Below are positions 41,790 to 51,934 of a stretch of DNA of 64,000 nucleotides, piece after piece; positions within the stretch are counted from its first letter, which is position 1; each line of letters opens with the position of its first letter. Source of the stretch: Alphaproteobacteria bacterium (GTDB lineage Bacteria > Pseudomonadota > Alphaproteobacteria > UBA828); NCBI GenBank assembly GCA_965220825.1, contig OZ244839.1, forward strand, positions 3,013,280 through 3,077,279. Direction: 5' to 3'. Below the pieces are notes generated by a model. It was given only the letters and a program-made list of their open reading frames with translations. It searched no databases and was not told where the DNA came from. The position numbers were made by a program, and so were the translations under genes.

Positions 41790-43771
41790 TCCCGGAAATC
41801 GGCCATTACGCGCTTATTCTGGCGTTAGTGCTGGCCTTTATGCAGGCGGTCTTTCCGCTGTTGGGCGCATGGCGCCGGGAGGCCGGTTGGATCGCGTCCG
41901 CGGTGCCGGCGGCGTGTGCGCAGTTCCTCTTCGTGTCCCTTGCCATAGGCTGCCTGATGCATGCCTTCGTCGTTTCCGACTTCTCGGTGGCGACGGTTGC
42001 CGCCAACTCCCATTCCGCCAAGCCGCTGCTCTACAAGTTCACCGGCGTCTGGGGCAATCACGAAGGCTCGCTGCTGCTGTGGGTCTGGATCCTTGCCGTC
42101 TACGGCCTCGCCGTTGCGGTGTTCGGGCGCAATCTCCCCCCCTCCTTCCGAGCGCTGGTGCTGGGCGTCCAGGCGCTTGTCGGGCTCGGTTTCCTGGTTT
42201 TCCTGGTGGCGACGTCGAACCCCTTCCTGCGGCTGGATCCGGCACCGCTCGACGGGCGGGACCTGAACCCGCTGCTACAGGATCCGGGCCTCGCCTTCCA
42301 TCCGCCGCTTCTTTATCTCGGCTATGTGGGGCTTTCATTGACCTTCTCCTTTGCCGTCGCGGCGCTGATCGAGGGGAGGGTCGAGCCCGCCTGGGCGCGC
42401 TGGGTACGGCCTTGGACGCTCTTTTCCTGGTGCGCGTTGACCGCGGGTATCGCGCTCGGCTCCTGGTGGGCCTATTACGAGTTGGGATGGGGCGGCTTCT
42501 GGTTCTGGGACCCGGTGGAGAACGCGTCCTTCATGCCGTGGCTCGCCGCGACCGCGCTGCTGCACTCGGCGGTCGTCGCGGAGAAGCGGGACGCGCTGAA
42601 AAGCTGGACCGTACTGCTCGCCATACTCGCCTTCTCCCTGAGCCTGCTCGGGACCTTCCTGGTCCGCTCGGGCGTGCTCACCTCGGTTCACAGCTTCGCG
42701 AACGATCCGCTCCGGGGCGTGTATATCCTTGCCTTCCTGGTCATCGTCGTCGGCGGCTCGCTCACTCTCTACGCGTGGCGGGCACCGGCCATGACGGCGG
42801 GCAGCTCCTTCCGCGTGGCCTCGCGGGAGGGCGCGCTGCTGGTCAACAACCTGCTCCTGGCGCTCGGCTGTGCCACGGTTTTCATCGGCACGCTCTATCC
42901 GCTGGTGCTGGACGCAGTGAGCGGAGAAAAGGTCTCGGTCGGGCCGCCCTTCTTCGAATCCACCTTTGCCATCGTTTCGATCCCGTTGCTGCTCGTCATG
43001 GCGGCGGGGCCGCTCATGGCCTGGAAACGCGCAGGATTCGGCGCGCTCATAGTGCGGCTCTCGGCACCGGCGGCCGCTGCGGTCGCGGTAGCCGGGCTCG
43101 TCCTTGCCCTCCGCGGCGGGCCTTGGGGGGCGGCGGTCGGCATGGCGCTTGCCGCCTGGCTCGTCGGCGGGGTCCTGGTGGAGTTTGCGGAGCGCATCCG
43201 CCTGTTCCGCGTGCCGCTGGCGGAATGCATGGCTCGCGCACGCGGTCTGCCCCGGGCCGCCTGGGCCATGAGCATCGCCCATATCGGCCTCGCTATTCTG
43301 CTGGCGGGTGTCGTCGGCGCCAGCAACTGGCAGGAGGAGCGTGCAGAGGCCATGCACCCGGGCGACAGCGTGGCGTTCGCCGGCTATGTGCTCACGCTGC
43401 GCAGCATCGGCGATGAGGCCGGCCCCAACTATCGCGCGCGGCGCGCAAGCTTCGAGGTCACGCGCGATGGCGCGGCACTGGCGGTGCTTCTTCCCGAACG
43501 GCGCCACTATCCAGTCCAGAATACGGAGACCACGGAAGCCGCGATCCACACCAGCTGGCGCGCCGATCTCTATGTGGTCATAGGCGACGATCTGGAAGGG
43601 GGCGGCGTCGCCGTGCGCATCCGCCACAATCCGCTGGTGCCGTGGATCTGGGCCGGGGCGCTGGTCATGGTAGCGGGGGGCGCGGTTTCGCTCACCGACC
43701 GCCGGCACCGCGTCGGCGCCCCGTCCCGCCGGCGGCCCATGCGGGCGGCGACGGCCGGCGCGGGCGAGTGA
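41786..43771 (+). CDS. ccmF: Cytochrome c-type biogenesis protein CcmF (heme lyase subunit).
   Basis: 661 aa polytopic membrane protein with a WWD domain (…GGFWFWDPVENASFMPWL…); full-length CcmF/NrfE collinearity. Confidence 0.9.
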   Translation: MIPEIGHYALILALVLAFMQAVFPLLGAWRREAGWIASAVPAACAQFLFVSLAIGCLMHAFVVSDFSVATVAANSHSAKPLLYKFTGVWGNHEGSLLLWVWILAVYGLAVAVFGRNLPPSFRALVLGVQALVGLGFLVFLVATSNPFLRLDPAPLDGRDLNPLLQDPGLAFHPPLLYLGYVGLSLTFSFAVAALIEGRVEPAWARWVRPWTLFSWCALTAGIALGSWWAYYELGWGGFWFWDPVENASFMPWLAATALLHSAVVAEKRDALKSWTVLLAILAFSLSLLGTFLVRSGVLTSVHSFANDPLRGVYILAFLVIVVGGSLTLYAWRAPAMTAGSSFRVASREGALLVNNLLLALGCATVFIGTLYPLVLDAVSGEKVSVGPPFFESTFAIVSIPLLLVMAAGPLMAWKRAGFGALIVRLSAPAAAAVAVAGLVLALRGGPWGAAVGMALAAWLVGGVLVEFAERIRLFRVPLAECMARARGLPRAAWAMSIAHIGLAILLAGVVGASNWQEERAEAMHPGDSVAFAGYVLTLRSIGDEAGPNYRARRASFEVTRDGAALAVLLPERRHYPVQNTETTEAAIHTSWRADLYVVIGDDLEGGGVAVRIRHNPLVPWIWAGALVMVAGGAVSLTDRRHRVGAPSRRRPMRAATAGAGE

Positions 43772-43776
43772 GCGCC

Positions 43777-44457
43777 ATGTCCGGGCCCGAAAGCGGGCGG
43801 AGCGGCGACCAAACCGCAGGCCCGCCCGCACCGGCGGCCGACGAAGGGAACGGCGGCCGGGAGAGGAAGCCCCCAACCCGCCTGGTGCGGCGGCTGCGCT
43901 ATGTCCTGCCGGCGGTGCTGTTCGTCGCGCTGGCCGTCGCCCTCGGCGTGCAGCTGCTCACCGGCGAGCCCGGCAAGGTGCCCTCGGCGTTGATCGACAA
44001 GCCCGTGCCGGAATTCGATCTGCCGCCCGTCCAAGGGTTCGCGAAGGGCTTCAAGACCGAAGATCTCCATAGCGGCCAAGTCTCGCTCGTCAATATATTC
44101 GCCTCCTGGTGCGGGCCGTGCCGCATCGAACACCCCGTCCTCATGGATCTGCCGAACTACGCGGAGGAGTTCGGCGACGAGGCGATCCCGCTTTTCGGTA
44201 TCAACTACAAGGACAATCCGGACGACGCCGAACGCTGGCTACGACGCCACGGCACGCCCTATTGGGCCATGGGCGCGGACCGTACCGGCCGCACCGCGAT
44301 CGACTGGGGCGTCTATGGCGTGCCGGAGACCTTCGTCGTCGATGGCGCGGGACGCATCCGCTACAAGCATATCGGCGTGCTTACGCCGCGCGATCTCGAA
44401 GAGACCATCCTGCCGCTGATCGAGACGATCCGCGCGTCCCATTCGGGGGGAGAATGA
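43777..44457 (+). CDS. ccmG: Thiol:disulfide interchange protein CcmG/DsbE.
   Basis: 226 aa from MSGPESG…; TM anchor then a thioredoxin fold with WCGPC and the GVYGVPETFV motif. Confidence 0.85.
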   Translation: MSGPESGRSGDQTAGPPAPAADEGNGGRERKPPTRLVRRLRYVLPAVLFVALAVALGVQLLTGEPGKVPSALIDKPVPEFDLPPVQGFAKGFKTEDLHSGQVSLVNIFASWCGPCRIEHPVLMDLPNYAEEFGDEAIPLFGINYKDNPDDAERWLRRHGTPYWAMGADRTGRTAIDWGVYGVPETFVVDGAGRIRYKHIGVLTPRDLEETILPLIETIRASHSGGE

Positions 44458-44984
44458 GTCGCCGCGCGGCGTTCGGCCCGAGGCTCGCGGCCGCGGCCTT
44501 TCTCGCGCTGTGTGCGCTTTGGGCTCCCGCCGCACAAGCGTTCTCGCCGGACCGGCCGTTGGCGGACGCCGCACTCGAATCACGGGCTCTCGTGCTGCAC
44601 GACATGCTCCGCTGCATGGTCTGCCAGGGTCAGGCGATATCGGACTCCAATGCGGCTCTTGCACAAGACATGCGTGCGGTGGTTCGCCAGCGCATCGCCG
44701 AAGGGGAGAGCGACGAGGAGGTCCTGCGCTTTCTGACCGACCGCTACGGCGACTACATCCTCCTCAACCCGCCCATCAAGCCGGCGACCTATGCGCTCTG
44801 GTTCGGTCCCGCCGCGGCGTTCGCACTCGGCGTGGGGCTCGTCTGGCATACGCTGCGCCGGCGTCGGCGGGCGTCGGGGTCTGCAGCCGGGGCACCCGGC
44901 GACGGCGAAAACGCGGACGGCGTGAAGCCGCTCACGGCCGAGGAGCGCCGCCGCCTCGACGCGCTGCTCTCCGACTCCGAGTGA
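44454..44984 (+). CDS. ccmH: Cytochrome c-type biogenesis protein CcmH/CycL.
   Basis: 176 aa; signal peptide; LRCMVCQGQ (the LRCxxC motif); ATGA overlap with ccmG. Confidence 0.8.
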   Translation: MSRRAAFGPRLAAAAFLALCALWAPAAQAFSPDRPLADAALESRALVLHDMLRCMVCQGQAISDSNAALAQDMRAVVRQRIAEGESDEEVLRFLTDRYGDYILLNPPIKPATYALWFGPAAAFALGVGLVWHTLRRRRRASGSAAGAPGDGENADGVKPLTAEERRRLDALLSDSE

Positions 44985-44991
44985 GCCGCCG

Positions 44992-46362
44992 ATGACCGTC
45001 TTCGCGCTCGGTGCCGCGCTGCTTACCGCCCTTGCGTTGGCGGCCGTTCTGGTACCGCTGCTTCGCAGGCCCCGCTCCACGCCACCGCGGGAGGATTACG
45101 ACCTCGCCGTCTACCGGGAACAGCTGAAGGAGCTGGGTGGCGAAGCGGCGCGCGGTGTGATCGGCGAGGGCCAGGCCGCGCTGGCGCGCACCGAGATCGA
45201 GCGGCGGATGCTCCGCGCCATGCGGGCGCAAGAGGTGGGTGAAGCGGCTCCGGTCGCGGCGCCCCGTGCGCCGGGGAGACGGCGCAGGCTGTTGGTCGGC
45301 CTCGGCGCGGGCCTCACGATCCCGGCGCTGACGGTGGGCCTCTACCTCTCTTTCGGCGCGCCCGGTCTTCCCGGCCGGTCCTTCGTCGCTACCGCCCCCA
45401 CCCCGTCGGCGACGGACGGTGGAGAGATGGAGCGGCTCGCCAACCGGCTCGCGACCACGGCGGAGAGCCTCGACGACTGGCTCCTGCTGGGAAGGTCCTA
45501 TCTGGTTCTGGGCCGCTACGGCGACGCCGTCGAGGCGCTGCGCCGGGCCGCGTCGCTCTCCGGCGGCGATCCCCCGATTGTCGCCTTGTTGGGAGAGGCG
45601 ATGGTCTGGGCCAATGGTGGAACGGTGACAGCCGACGCAGTTCACGCGTTCGAGATGGTGCGCGCGGCGGTGCCGGACGATCCTGCCGCCCGCTATCACC
45701 TGGCCCTCGCCCATGCCCAGGCCGGCGACATACGTGCGGCATACGACATGTGGCTCGCGCTCGCGGCCGATACACCCGCGGATGTTCCGTGGCGCGCCGA
45801 CCTGGACACCATGATCCGCCGCGCCGCGGACGAGCTCGGTATCGCTCTGGCCGAACTCCCGAGCGCACCGCCCGCGAGAGGCCCGACGGCCGAGGATGTG
45901 GCGGCCGCCGAGGCGATGACCGCGGAGGAGCGTTCGGCGGCGATCCGGGCCATGGTGGAAGGACTTGCCATGCGCCTCGAGGAGGCGCCCGGCGATCTGG
46001 AAGGCTGGCGCCGGCTGGCCCGCTCCTACGCCGTTCTGGGCGAGGCGGAAAAAGAGCGCGCCGCATTGCGCCGTGCCCTCGCGCTTGCACCGGAGGACGT
46101 CTCGCTGCTCGAGGCCTATGGGCGCGCATTGATGACGGAGGTAGGACGAGACGGGAACCCGACGCCGGAAGCGGTTTCCGTCTATGAGCGGCTTCTGGCC
46201 CTCGACCCCGACCATGGGGAAGCGCTCTGGTTCAAGGGCCTGGCGGAGGCGCAAGGCGGCGATGCCGCGGCGGCCCGCGCCCTCTGGCAGCGCCTGCTCG
46301 CCCAGCACGCGCCCGGCACGCCCGGCCACCGGGCCGTGCAGGATGCCCTCGATGCGCTGTAG
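44992..46362 (+). CDS. ccmI: TPR-repeat c-type cytochrome biogenesis protein CcmI/CycH.
   Basis: 456 aa; N-terminal TM segment and TPR repeats; terminal gene of the ccm operon. Confidence 0.75.
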   Translation: MTVFALGAALLTALALAAVLVPLLRRPRSTPPREDYDLAVYREQLKELGGEAARGVIGEGQAALARTEIERRMLRAMRAQEVGEAAPVAAPRAPGRRRRLLVGLGAGLTIPALTVGLYLSFGAPGLPGRSFVATAPTPSATDGGEMERLANRLATTAESLDDWLLLGRSYLVLGRYGDAVEALRRAASLSGGDPPIVALLGEAMVWANGGTVTADAVHAFEMVRAAVPDDPAARYHLALAHAQAGDIRAAYDMWLALAADTPADVPWRADLDTMIRRAADELGIALAELPSAPPARGPTAEDVAAAEAMTAEERSAAIRAMVEGLAMRLEEAPGDLEGWRRLARSYAVLGEAEKERAALRRALALAPEDVSLLEAYGRALMTEVGRDGNPTPEAVSVYERLLALDPDHGEALWFKGLAEAQGGDAAAARALWQRLLAQHAPGTPGHRAVQDALDAL

Positions 46363-46381
46363 ATCGTTTCGTGGGCCGGGC

Positions 46382-46457
<76 letters not shown>

Positions 46458-46665
46458 GCCCGCCCGCCTCTGCCGGCCGCGAGGGCCGACGCGAGCAGGG
46501 CGGAGTGTGTGACCGCGCCCCGGACCCTGTCAAGCTGCCCGACAGCCATGGAGGGGAGATCCCGGGATCAGGCTTTCCGCCGGTTGCGGGATCGGAGGCG
46601 TGCGCATCAGAATGGCGAGCGGGCGGATGTCGCGCGTGCATCTTCGACCATGGGAGCGAAAGGCC

Positions 46666-47655
46666 ATGCCCTCATCCCGGAGGCTTCACGACAACGCCAT
46701 CGTCATAGACGGACTCGTCATCTCCGACTGGAGCCGGCACGTCTTCGAGGACATGCATCGTGGTGGCATCACCGCGGCCAACTGCACATGCTCGGTATGG
46801 GAAGGGTTCCGCGAGACCATGGCGAACATCGCCCGATGGCAGGGCTGGTTCCGGGAGCATGAGGACATCATTCTCCAGGTGCGCAACACCGCCGACATCG
46901 AGCGCGCGAAGACGCTCGGCAAAGTGGGCATCATCCTGGGCTGGCAGAACATGTCGGCGATCGAGGACGATCTCGCATTCCTGGGCCTGTTCGCGGACCT
47001 CGGCGTCCGTGTCGTGCAGCTGACCTACAATACCCAGAACCTGGTGGGCTCCGGCTGTCTCGAAGGCCGTGACAGCGGCCTCTCCGATTTCGGGCGGGAC
47101 GTGATCGACGAGATGAACCGCCTGGGGATTCTGGTGGACCTCTCCCATGTGGGCCCGCGAACCACCGAGGAGGCGATCCGCCACTCGAAGCGCCCCGTCG
47201 CCTTCACCCATTGCAGTGCCCACGCTCTGATGGCGCATCCGCGGAACAAGACGGACTCGGCGTTTCGTCTGCTTGCCGAGCATGGCGGCTTCGTCGGAAT
47301 TACGACCTATCCTCCCTTCCACGCGCCGGACGCCGATGCCGGGATCGACGATGCGCTGGCCGCGATGGAACATGTCATTGCCATCGTGGGAGAGGAATCG
47401 GTGGGTATCGGCACCGACTTCACGCAAGGTCAGACGGCGGCCTGGTTCGACTGGCTCGGCCGCGACAAGGGGAAGGGGCGCTTCACCTACCGGCGGGACT
47501 GGGGGGTGGCGCCCTTCCCGCGGGATATGGGCTCATTGGCCGATTTCCCCAACATTACCGAAGCCATGGAGCGGCGCGGCTGGAGCGCGACTCGGATTCG
47601 AAGGGTTCTGGGGGGCAACTGGCTGCGTCTTCTGCGCGAGGTATGGGGCGCCTGA
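46666..47655 (+). CDS. Membrane dipeptidase (peptidase M19, renal-dipeptidase family).
   Basis: 329 aa from MPSSRRLHDNAIVIDGL…; M19 motifs (…VIDGLVIS…; GIGTDF…). Confidence 0.85.
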   Translation: MPSSRRLHDNAIVIDGLVISDWSRHVFEDMHRGGITAANCTCSVWEGFRETMANIARWQGWFREHEDIILQVRNTADIERAKTLGKVGIILGWQNMSAIEDDLAFLGLFADLGVRVVQLTYNTQNLVGSGCLEGRDSGLSDFGRDVIDEMNRLGILVDLSHVGPRTTEEAIRHSKRPVAFTHCSAHALMAHPRNKTDSAFRLLAEHGGFVGITTYPPFHAPDADAGIDDALAAMEHVIAIVGEESVGIGTDFTQGQTAAWFDWLGRDKGKGRFTYRRDWGVAPFPRDMGSLADFPNITEAMERRGWSATRIRRVLGGNWLRLLREVWGA

Positions 47656-47697
47656 GCCCGGCTGCCGGGCTGGCGCGGCACCTGTTGCGAAAGAGGC

Positions 47698-47773
<76 letters not shown>

Positions 47774-47838
47774 GTGCGGCGCGTTATAGGAGATGCGGCG
47801 CGGGGTGTCCACTTCGCGGAGAGGCGCGGAAGCCCCTC

Positions 47839-48792
47839 TCACGCGAGCGTATATTGCGCCGCGATGAAGGCGGCGTAGCCCAGCAGCAGGGCCGCGCCCA
47901 CGGGGCGGACGAGCCTGGCGCCCGATAGCGCGAGCCCCACCGCGAGCCCGGTCACGCCCAACAGGACCCAGATGTCGAAACGCATCACCTCGTCCGGCAC
48001 GGGCAGCGGCGTCACCACCGTGACCGTGCCGAGGATCGCCAGGATATTGAACAGGCTGGAGCCCAGCACGTTGCCGAGCGCCATGTCCGCATGCTTGCGG
48101 TAGGCGGCGACAATGGTGGTCGCGAGTTCCGGAAGGGAGGTGCCGACGGCGACCACGGTGATGCCGATGACGGTCTCGCTGATCCCCATGCCCCGCGCGA
48201 TCCCGGTGGCGGCTTCCACCAGCAGATGCGCCCCGCCGGCGACCGCGCCGAGGCCCACGAGAGAAAGCATGCCGGCGAGCCAGCCCGGGAGCGCCGGCGA
48301 GGGCATGTCTTCCGCTTCCCGCTGGCGGAGGATGGCGGATTCGCCCGGCCGCCGCCGTTCGTGCCGATAGGAGAAGAAGGTGAGCGCGCCAAGCAGGGCA
48401 AGCATGAGGCCGCCTTGCCAGGCGACGATTGCGCCGAAGAACAGGAAGGCGAGCAGCAGGAGCGTCGCCCCGGACAGCGCCAGCGCGTCGCGCATCGTTG
48501 CCTTGCGGTGGGCGACAATGGGGGCGATGGCGACGGCCGTGCCCAGGATGAGCATGAGGTTCGCGATATTGCTGCCGATCACATTGCCGTAGGCGATGCC
48601 GGGGGAGCCTCTGAGGGCGGCTTGAAGAGTCACCACCAGCTCCGGCATCGAGGTGCCGAAAGCGATCACCGTGGCGCCGATCAACAGCGGCGATACCCGG
48701 AGTCTGCGGGCAAGCGCCACTGCGCTCCGCACCAGCGTCTCCCCGCCGAGCAGCAGCAGCACGCATCCGCCGATGAGTTGGATATAGATCAA
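47839..48792 (-). CDS. Ca2+/Na+ antiporter (CaCA / YrbG family).
   Basis: 317 aa; two internal alpha-repeats with GTSMPEL and GTSLPEL motifs. Confidence 0.85.
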   Translation of the reverse strand: MIYIQLIGGCVLLLLGGETLVRSAVALARRLRVSPLLIGATVIAFGTSMPELVVTLQAALRGSPGIAYGNVIGSNIANLMLILGTAVAIAPIVAHRKATMRDALALSGATLLLLAFLFFGAIVAWQGGLMLALLGALTFFSYRHERRRPGESAILRQREAEDMPSPALPGWLAGMLSLVGLGAVAGGAHLLVEAATGIARGMGISETVIGITVVAVGTSLPELATTIVAAYRKHADMALGNVLGSSLFNILAILGTVTVVTPLPVPDEVMRFDIWVLLGVTGLAVGLALSGARLVRPVGAALLLGYAAFIAAQYTLA

Positions 48793-48978
48793 TGGATCGA
48801 GCGCTCACCCGTGCGGCAGGCCTCGGCTGGGCTCGGGTGTTTCCGCCAAGCGCAGCCCACGGACCGTCGAATCGTCCCGGGATGCGCATGATGCCTTCGT
48901 GCGCGCGCCAAGCCAACGGGCCGGCGGTTGCGCCGGGTTCGCGCACCGCATGACCGCACGAATAAGCGCCCGAGACGC

Positions 48979-50349
48979 TCAGGCACGGTCCAGTGCGAAG
49001 CGGCCACGGGGGAGCAGAGGGTCGGCGGTAAGGGCGACAGGAATGCGGAGCCAATGCTCCAGGGCGTCGGCACCGGGCGCGCGCAGTGCGGCAATGAGGG
49101 CGGGTGCCGCGCGCACCGCGAGCCCGCGTGCGCCCGATGCGCGCTCGGCCCGGGCCGCCTGGGCGAGCTCGTACGCCGTTGCCTCCGGAGACGGTATTCG
49201 GCCGCCCCAGGTTCCGGCGGCGGGCTCCGTCAGCGCTTCCTGCAGGCTAGGTCCGAGCCGCTGCCGGCGGAGCTCCAGCAACCCGCCCGCCGTAAATCCC
49301 AATAGGCGGCATGGGGTGGAATCCGCGGAGAGGACATTCTGTATTGCTGTGCGCTGTGCGCGCCGGGCGCGCTCCGTTCCGGGAAAGTCGATCACGATCT
49401 GTCCGCTCAAATTGCGGAGGCGGATCTCCCGCCCGATGGCGGAGCCTGCCTCGGACCCGCTCGCCTCCGCGGACCGCATCGAGTCCACATCGACGGCCGC
49501 GAGCGCGCGAGTCTCCTCGATGGTGAGCCGGGTTCCGCACGGGAGAGAAACCTCCGGCTCGAGTGCCGCCTGGAGGCGACCGGCGCAATCGTGGCGCTCG
49601 AACAGCGGTCCCGGAGGGGCGGCGCACCGGGCGGTCTCGGGCATCCGGATCGCCGCGCTGAGATCCGGTGCCTCGCGGTCCGCGAGATCCCTGGCACGTG
49701 CAAGGGTCTCCCCGTCGTCCAGCAGAATGCGGGCAAGCCCAGGCGGCGCCACGTCCCGCAAAAGCCGCCCCAGAAGCCCGCCTGCGCGTCGAAGACATCG
49801 CGGCGTCCCATCCCGTCGAGCGGCATCCTCCAGGGATCGCCAGTCGCGCGCGAGGCCTTCGGCCGAGATGGCCACTTCTCGTGGTGGGAGCGAAGCCGCG
49901 GCCGCCCGGACGGTCGTCGAACCGCCGGGTATGCGGGCCGCCGCGACCGCGGCCTCCAGCGCCTGCCGGCTCTCTCCGTCGCCGAAGCGCCAAGAGAAGG
50001 CGGTGCCGCATGCACCCGGGTGGAAGACGGCGACCCGGTTCGCAAGCGCAGGTCTGCGGGAGACCCGCACACGCTTCCCCTCCCGCGAATCCGCCGCAAC
50101 GCGGACGATAAAGGCGCCGTCATCTGTCTTCGCCGCGTTGCCGTTGAGGAACGCCTCTTCGCCGCCGCCGATGTCGACGATCCAGGCGCCGAGGCCGGCC
50201 ATCCTTCGCAGCGGCCGCGCAAGGTGCAAGTCGCCGATCCGACTCTCCCGCGAGGCCGGTTCGACGAAGAAGGCCGCCGGCGCACCGTCTTCGACCAGCG
50301 CGGCGCGGAGGCCATAAGGGCTCGCCGCAACCAGCAGCTCCGCGTTCAT
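48979..50349 (-). CDS. rng: Ribonuclease E/G-family protein (divergent RNase G/CafA-like).
   Basis: 456 aa from MNAELLV…; S1-like N-terminus and an RNase E/G catalytic-core pattern (…IVIDFPGTERARRAQRT…); immediately downstream of maf, the conserved maf-rng order. The sequence is rather divergent. Confidence 0.65.
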   Translation of the reverse strand: MNAELLVAASPYGLRAALVEDGAPAAFFVEPASRESRIGDLHLARPLRRMAGLGAWIVDIGGGEEAFLNGNAAKTDDGAFIVRVAADSREGKRVRVSRRPALANRVAVFHPGACGTAFSWRFGDGESRQALEAAVAAARIPGGSTTVRAAAASLPPREVAISAEGLARDWRSLEDAARRDGTPRCLRRAGGLLGRLLRDVAPPGLARILLDDGETLARARDLADREAPDLSAAIRMPETARCAAPPGPLFERHDCAGRLQAALEPEVSLPCGTRLTIEETRALAAVDVDSMRSAEASGSEAGSAIGREIRLRNLSGQIVIDFPGTERARRAQRTAIQNVLSADSTPCRLLGFTAGGLLELRRQRLGPSLQEALTEPAAGTWGGRIPSPEATAYELAQAARAERASGARGLAVRAAPALIAALRAPGADALEHWLRIPVALTADPLLPRGRFALDRA

Positions 50350-50990
50350 CCCGCACTGCTCTCCGGCGGTCGCGGCAGGAGGCCGAGGCCGGCGAGGAGC
50401 CCGTAAGTCTCGTACAGAGGCAAGCCCACCACATTGGAGTGGGAGCCGCCGAGGAAGCGCACGAAGGCGCCGGCACGTCCCTGGATCGCGTAGCCGCCTG
50501 CCTTGCCGCACCACTCGCCACTCGCGAGGTAGGCCTCCGTTTCGTCCGCCGAGAGCCGCTTGAACGTGACGATGGTGCGCACCAGGCGCGTCCGAAGACG
50601 GCCCGCCGGATCCATCACCGCGACGCCGCCATAGACCCGGTGCCGTCGGCCGGAAAGGCGCGCGAGGCAATGCCGGGCATCGTCCACCGTCCGAGGCTTG
50701 GGCAGGATGCGTCGGCCGCAGGCGACCACGGTATCGGCGCCGAGAACGAAGGCGCCCTTATGGCCGGGCGCGACCGCCGCCGCCTTTTCCGCCGAGAGTC
50801 GCGCGGCAAGCGCTTCGGGCTTCTCGTCCGGCCGGGGCGATTCGTCCACGGCGGACGTGACCACGATGTCCGGCTCATAGCCGATCTGCGCCAGCAGCGC
50901 GCGTCTTCTGGGGGAGGCCGATGCAAGCACCAGCGTCGGGCGGCTCGTCCGTGCGCCGGGCGGCGGAGCGGAGGTTTGGGGCATGCTCAC
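50346..50990 (-). CDS. maf: Maf-like nucleoside-triphosphate pyrophosphatase (septum-formation protein).
   Basis: 214 aa; LVLASASPRRRALL N-terminal motif and GADTVV. Confidence 0.85.
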   Translation of the reverse strand: MSMPQTSAPPPGARTSRPTLVLASASPRRRALLAQIGYEPDIVVTSAVDESPRPDEKPEALAARLSAEKAAAVAPGHKGAFVLGADTVVACGRRILPKPRTVDDARHCLARLSGRRHRVYGGVAVMDPAGRLRTRLVRTIVTFKRLSADETEAYLASGEWCGKAGGYAIQGRAGAFVRFLGGSHSNVVGLPLYETYGLLAGLGLLPRPPESSAG

Positions 50991-51433
50991 ACCACCGGAG
51001 GCTGTGGCGGGCCGAATCGCGCCGCCAGTCGAGCGCGCAGTGCATCACGGGTCTCCCGGTAGGCATGCAGCCGCGTTTCCCGGTTGCCTTCGACAATGCT
51101 GGGGTCAAACATGTGCCAGAACTCGATCTTGCAGGGTCCATGCCGTGTCAGGTCCACGGCCTTGTGCTGTGCCTCAGGCGAGAGCGAGATCGCCATCTCG
51201 AAGCGCCGTCCCTGGATGTCTTCGAACGTGCTTACCTCGTGGCCGCTGATGTCGATCCCGATCTCTTCCATGACGGAGACGGCGAACGGGTCGATGCCGC
51301 CGCCGCGGCGGACTCCCACCGAATCGACCGTGAGCCGCGGGCCGAACAGACTCTTCATGAGACCCTCCGCCATGGGCGAGCGTATCGCGTTCCAGGTGCA
51401 GGCGAATAGCAGGCTGCGGGGGAGCACGCCCAT
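50987..51433 (-). CDS. Low-molecular-weight protein-tyrosine-phosphatase / ArsC-like family protein.
   Basis: 148 aa from MGVLPRSLLFACTWNAIRSP…; a CX5R(S) P-loop (CTWNAIRS). Confidence 0.7.
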   Translation of the reverse strand: MGVLPRSLLFACTWNAIRSPMAEGLMKSLFGPRLTVDSVGVRRGGGIDPFAVSVMEEIGIDISGHEVSTFEDIQGRRFEMAISLSPEAQHKAVDLTRHGPCKIEFWHMFDPSIVEGNRETRLHAYRETRDALRARLAARFGPPQPPVV

Positions 51434-51444
51434 CCCACCACCCG

Positions 51445-51930
51445 CTACAGGCGGACATGGAGCGCGTGGATCAGGGTGAACACGCGCCGTGCCGTCTCGC
51501 CGTCGATCTCGATCTTGTCGCTCAACGCCTCGCGCAACAGCTCGGCGCCTTCGGTGTGGCACGCGCGCCGCCCCATGTCGATGGCCTCGATACGCGAACG
51601 TGGGGCGGTCTTGATCGCCTCGTGATAGCTGTCGCAGATGGTCTCGTAGCTCTTGAGCGTAGACCGCAGCGGCGCAAGGGCGAGCGCGGCGTCGCCGAGC
51701 TTCCGGCCGTCGCGGCTTTCCACCTCGAAGACGAGCCGCCCCTCCTCGCGGCGGAGGCGGAGCCGATAGGGCCCCTCCGCGCCTCGCTTCAGCGCGAAGC
51801 GGTTGCACTCCACCAGGTCGTAGATCGCGATCCGGCACTCATGGTCCACATCCGGGCCCCGGCGGGGCTGCGCGCTCGGGTCGAGGACGACTTCGAAAAG
51901 CCGGTCCTCGCCGGCGGAGTCCGTGTCCAC
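51445..51930 (-). CDS. UPF0262-family protein.
   Basis: 161 aa from a GTG start (VDTDSAGEDRLFEV…); conserved UPF0262 blocks (…CRIAIYDLVECNRF…; …IEAIDMGRR…). Confidence 0.65.
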   Translation of the reverse strand: MDTDSAGEDRLFEVVLDPSAQPRRGPDVDHECRIAIYDLVECNRFALKRGAEGPYRLRLRREEGRLVFEVESRDGRKLGDAALALAPLRSTLKSYETICDSYHEAIKTAPRSRIEAIDMGRRACHTEGAELLREALSDKIEIDGETARRVFTLIHALHVRL

Positions 51931-51934
51931 CCGG

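Noticed and set aside
48899-50317. 472-aa plus-strand ORF, with 48091..48891(+), opposite the antiporter and rng-like genes.
   Set aside because: Antisense artefacts with Ser/Arg/Ala-rich translations.
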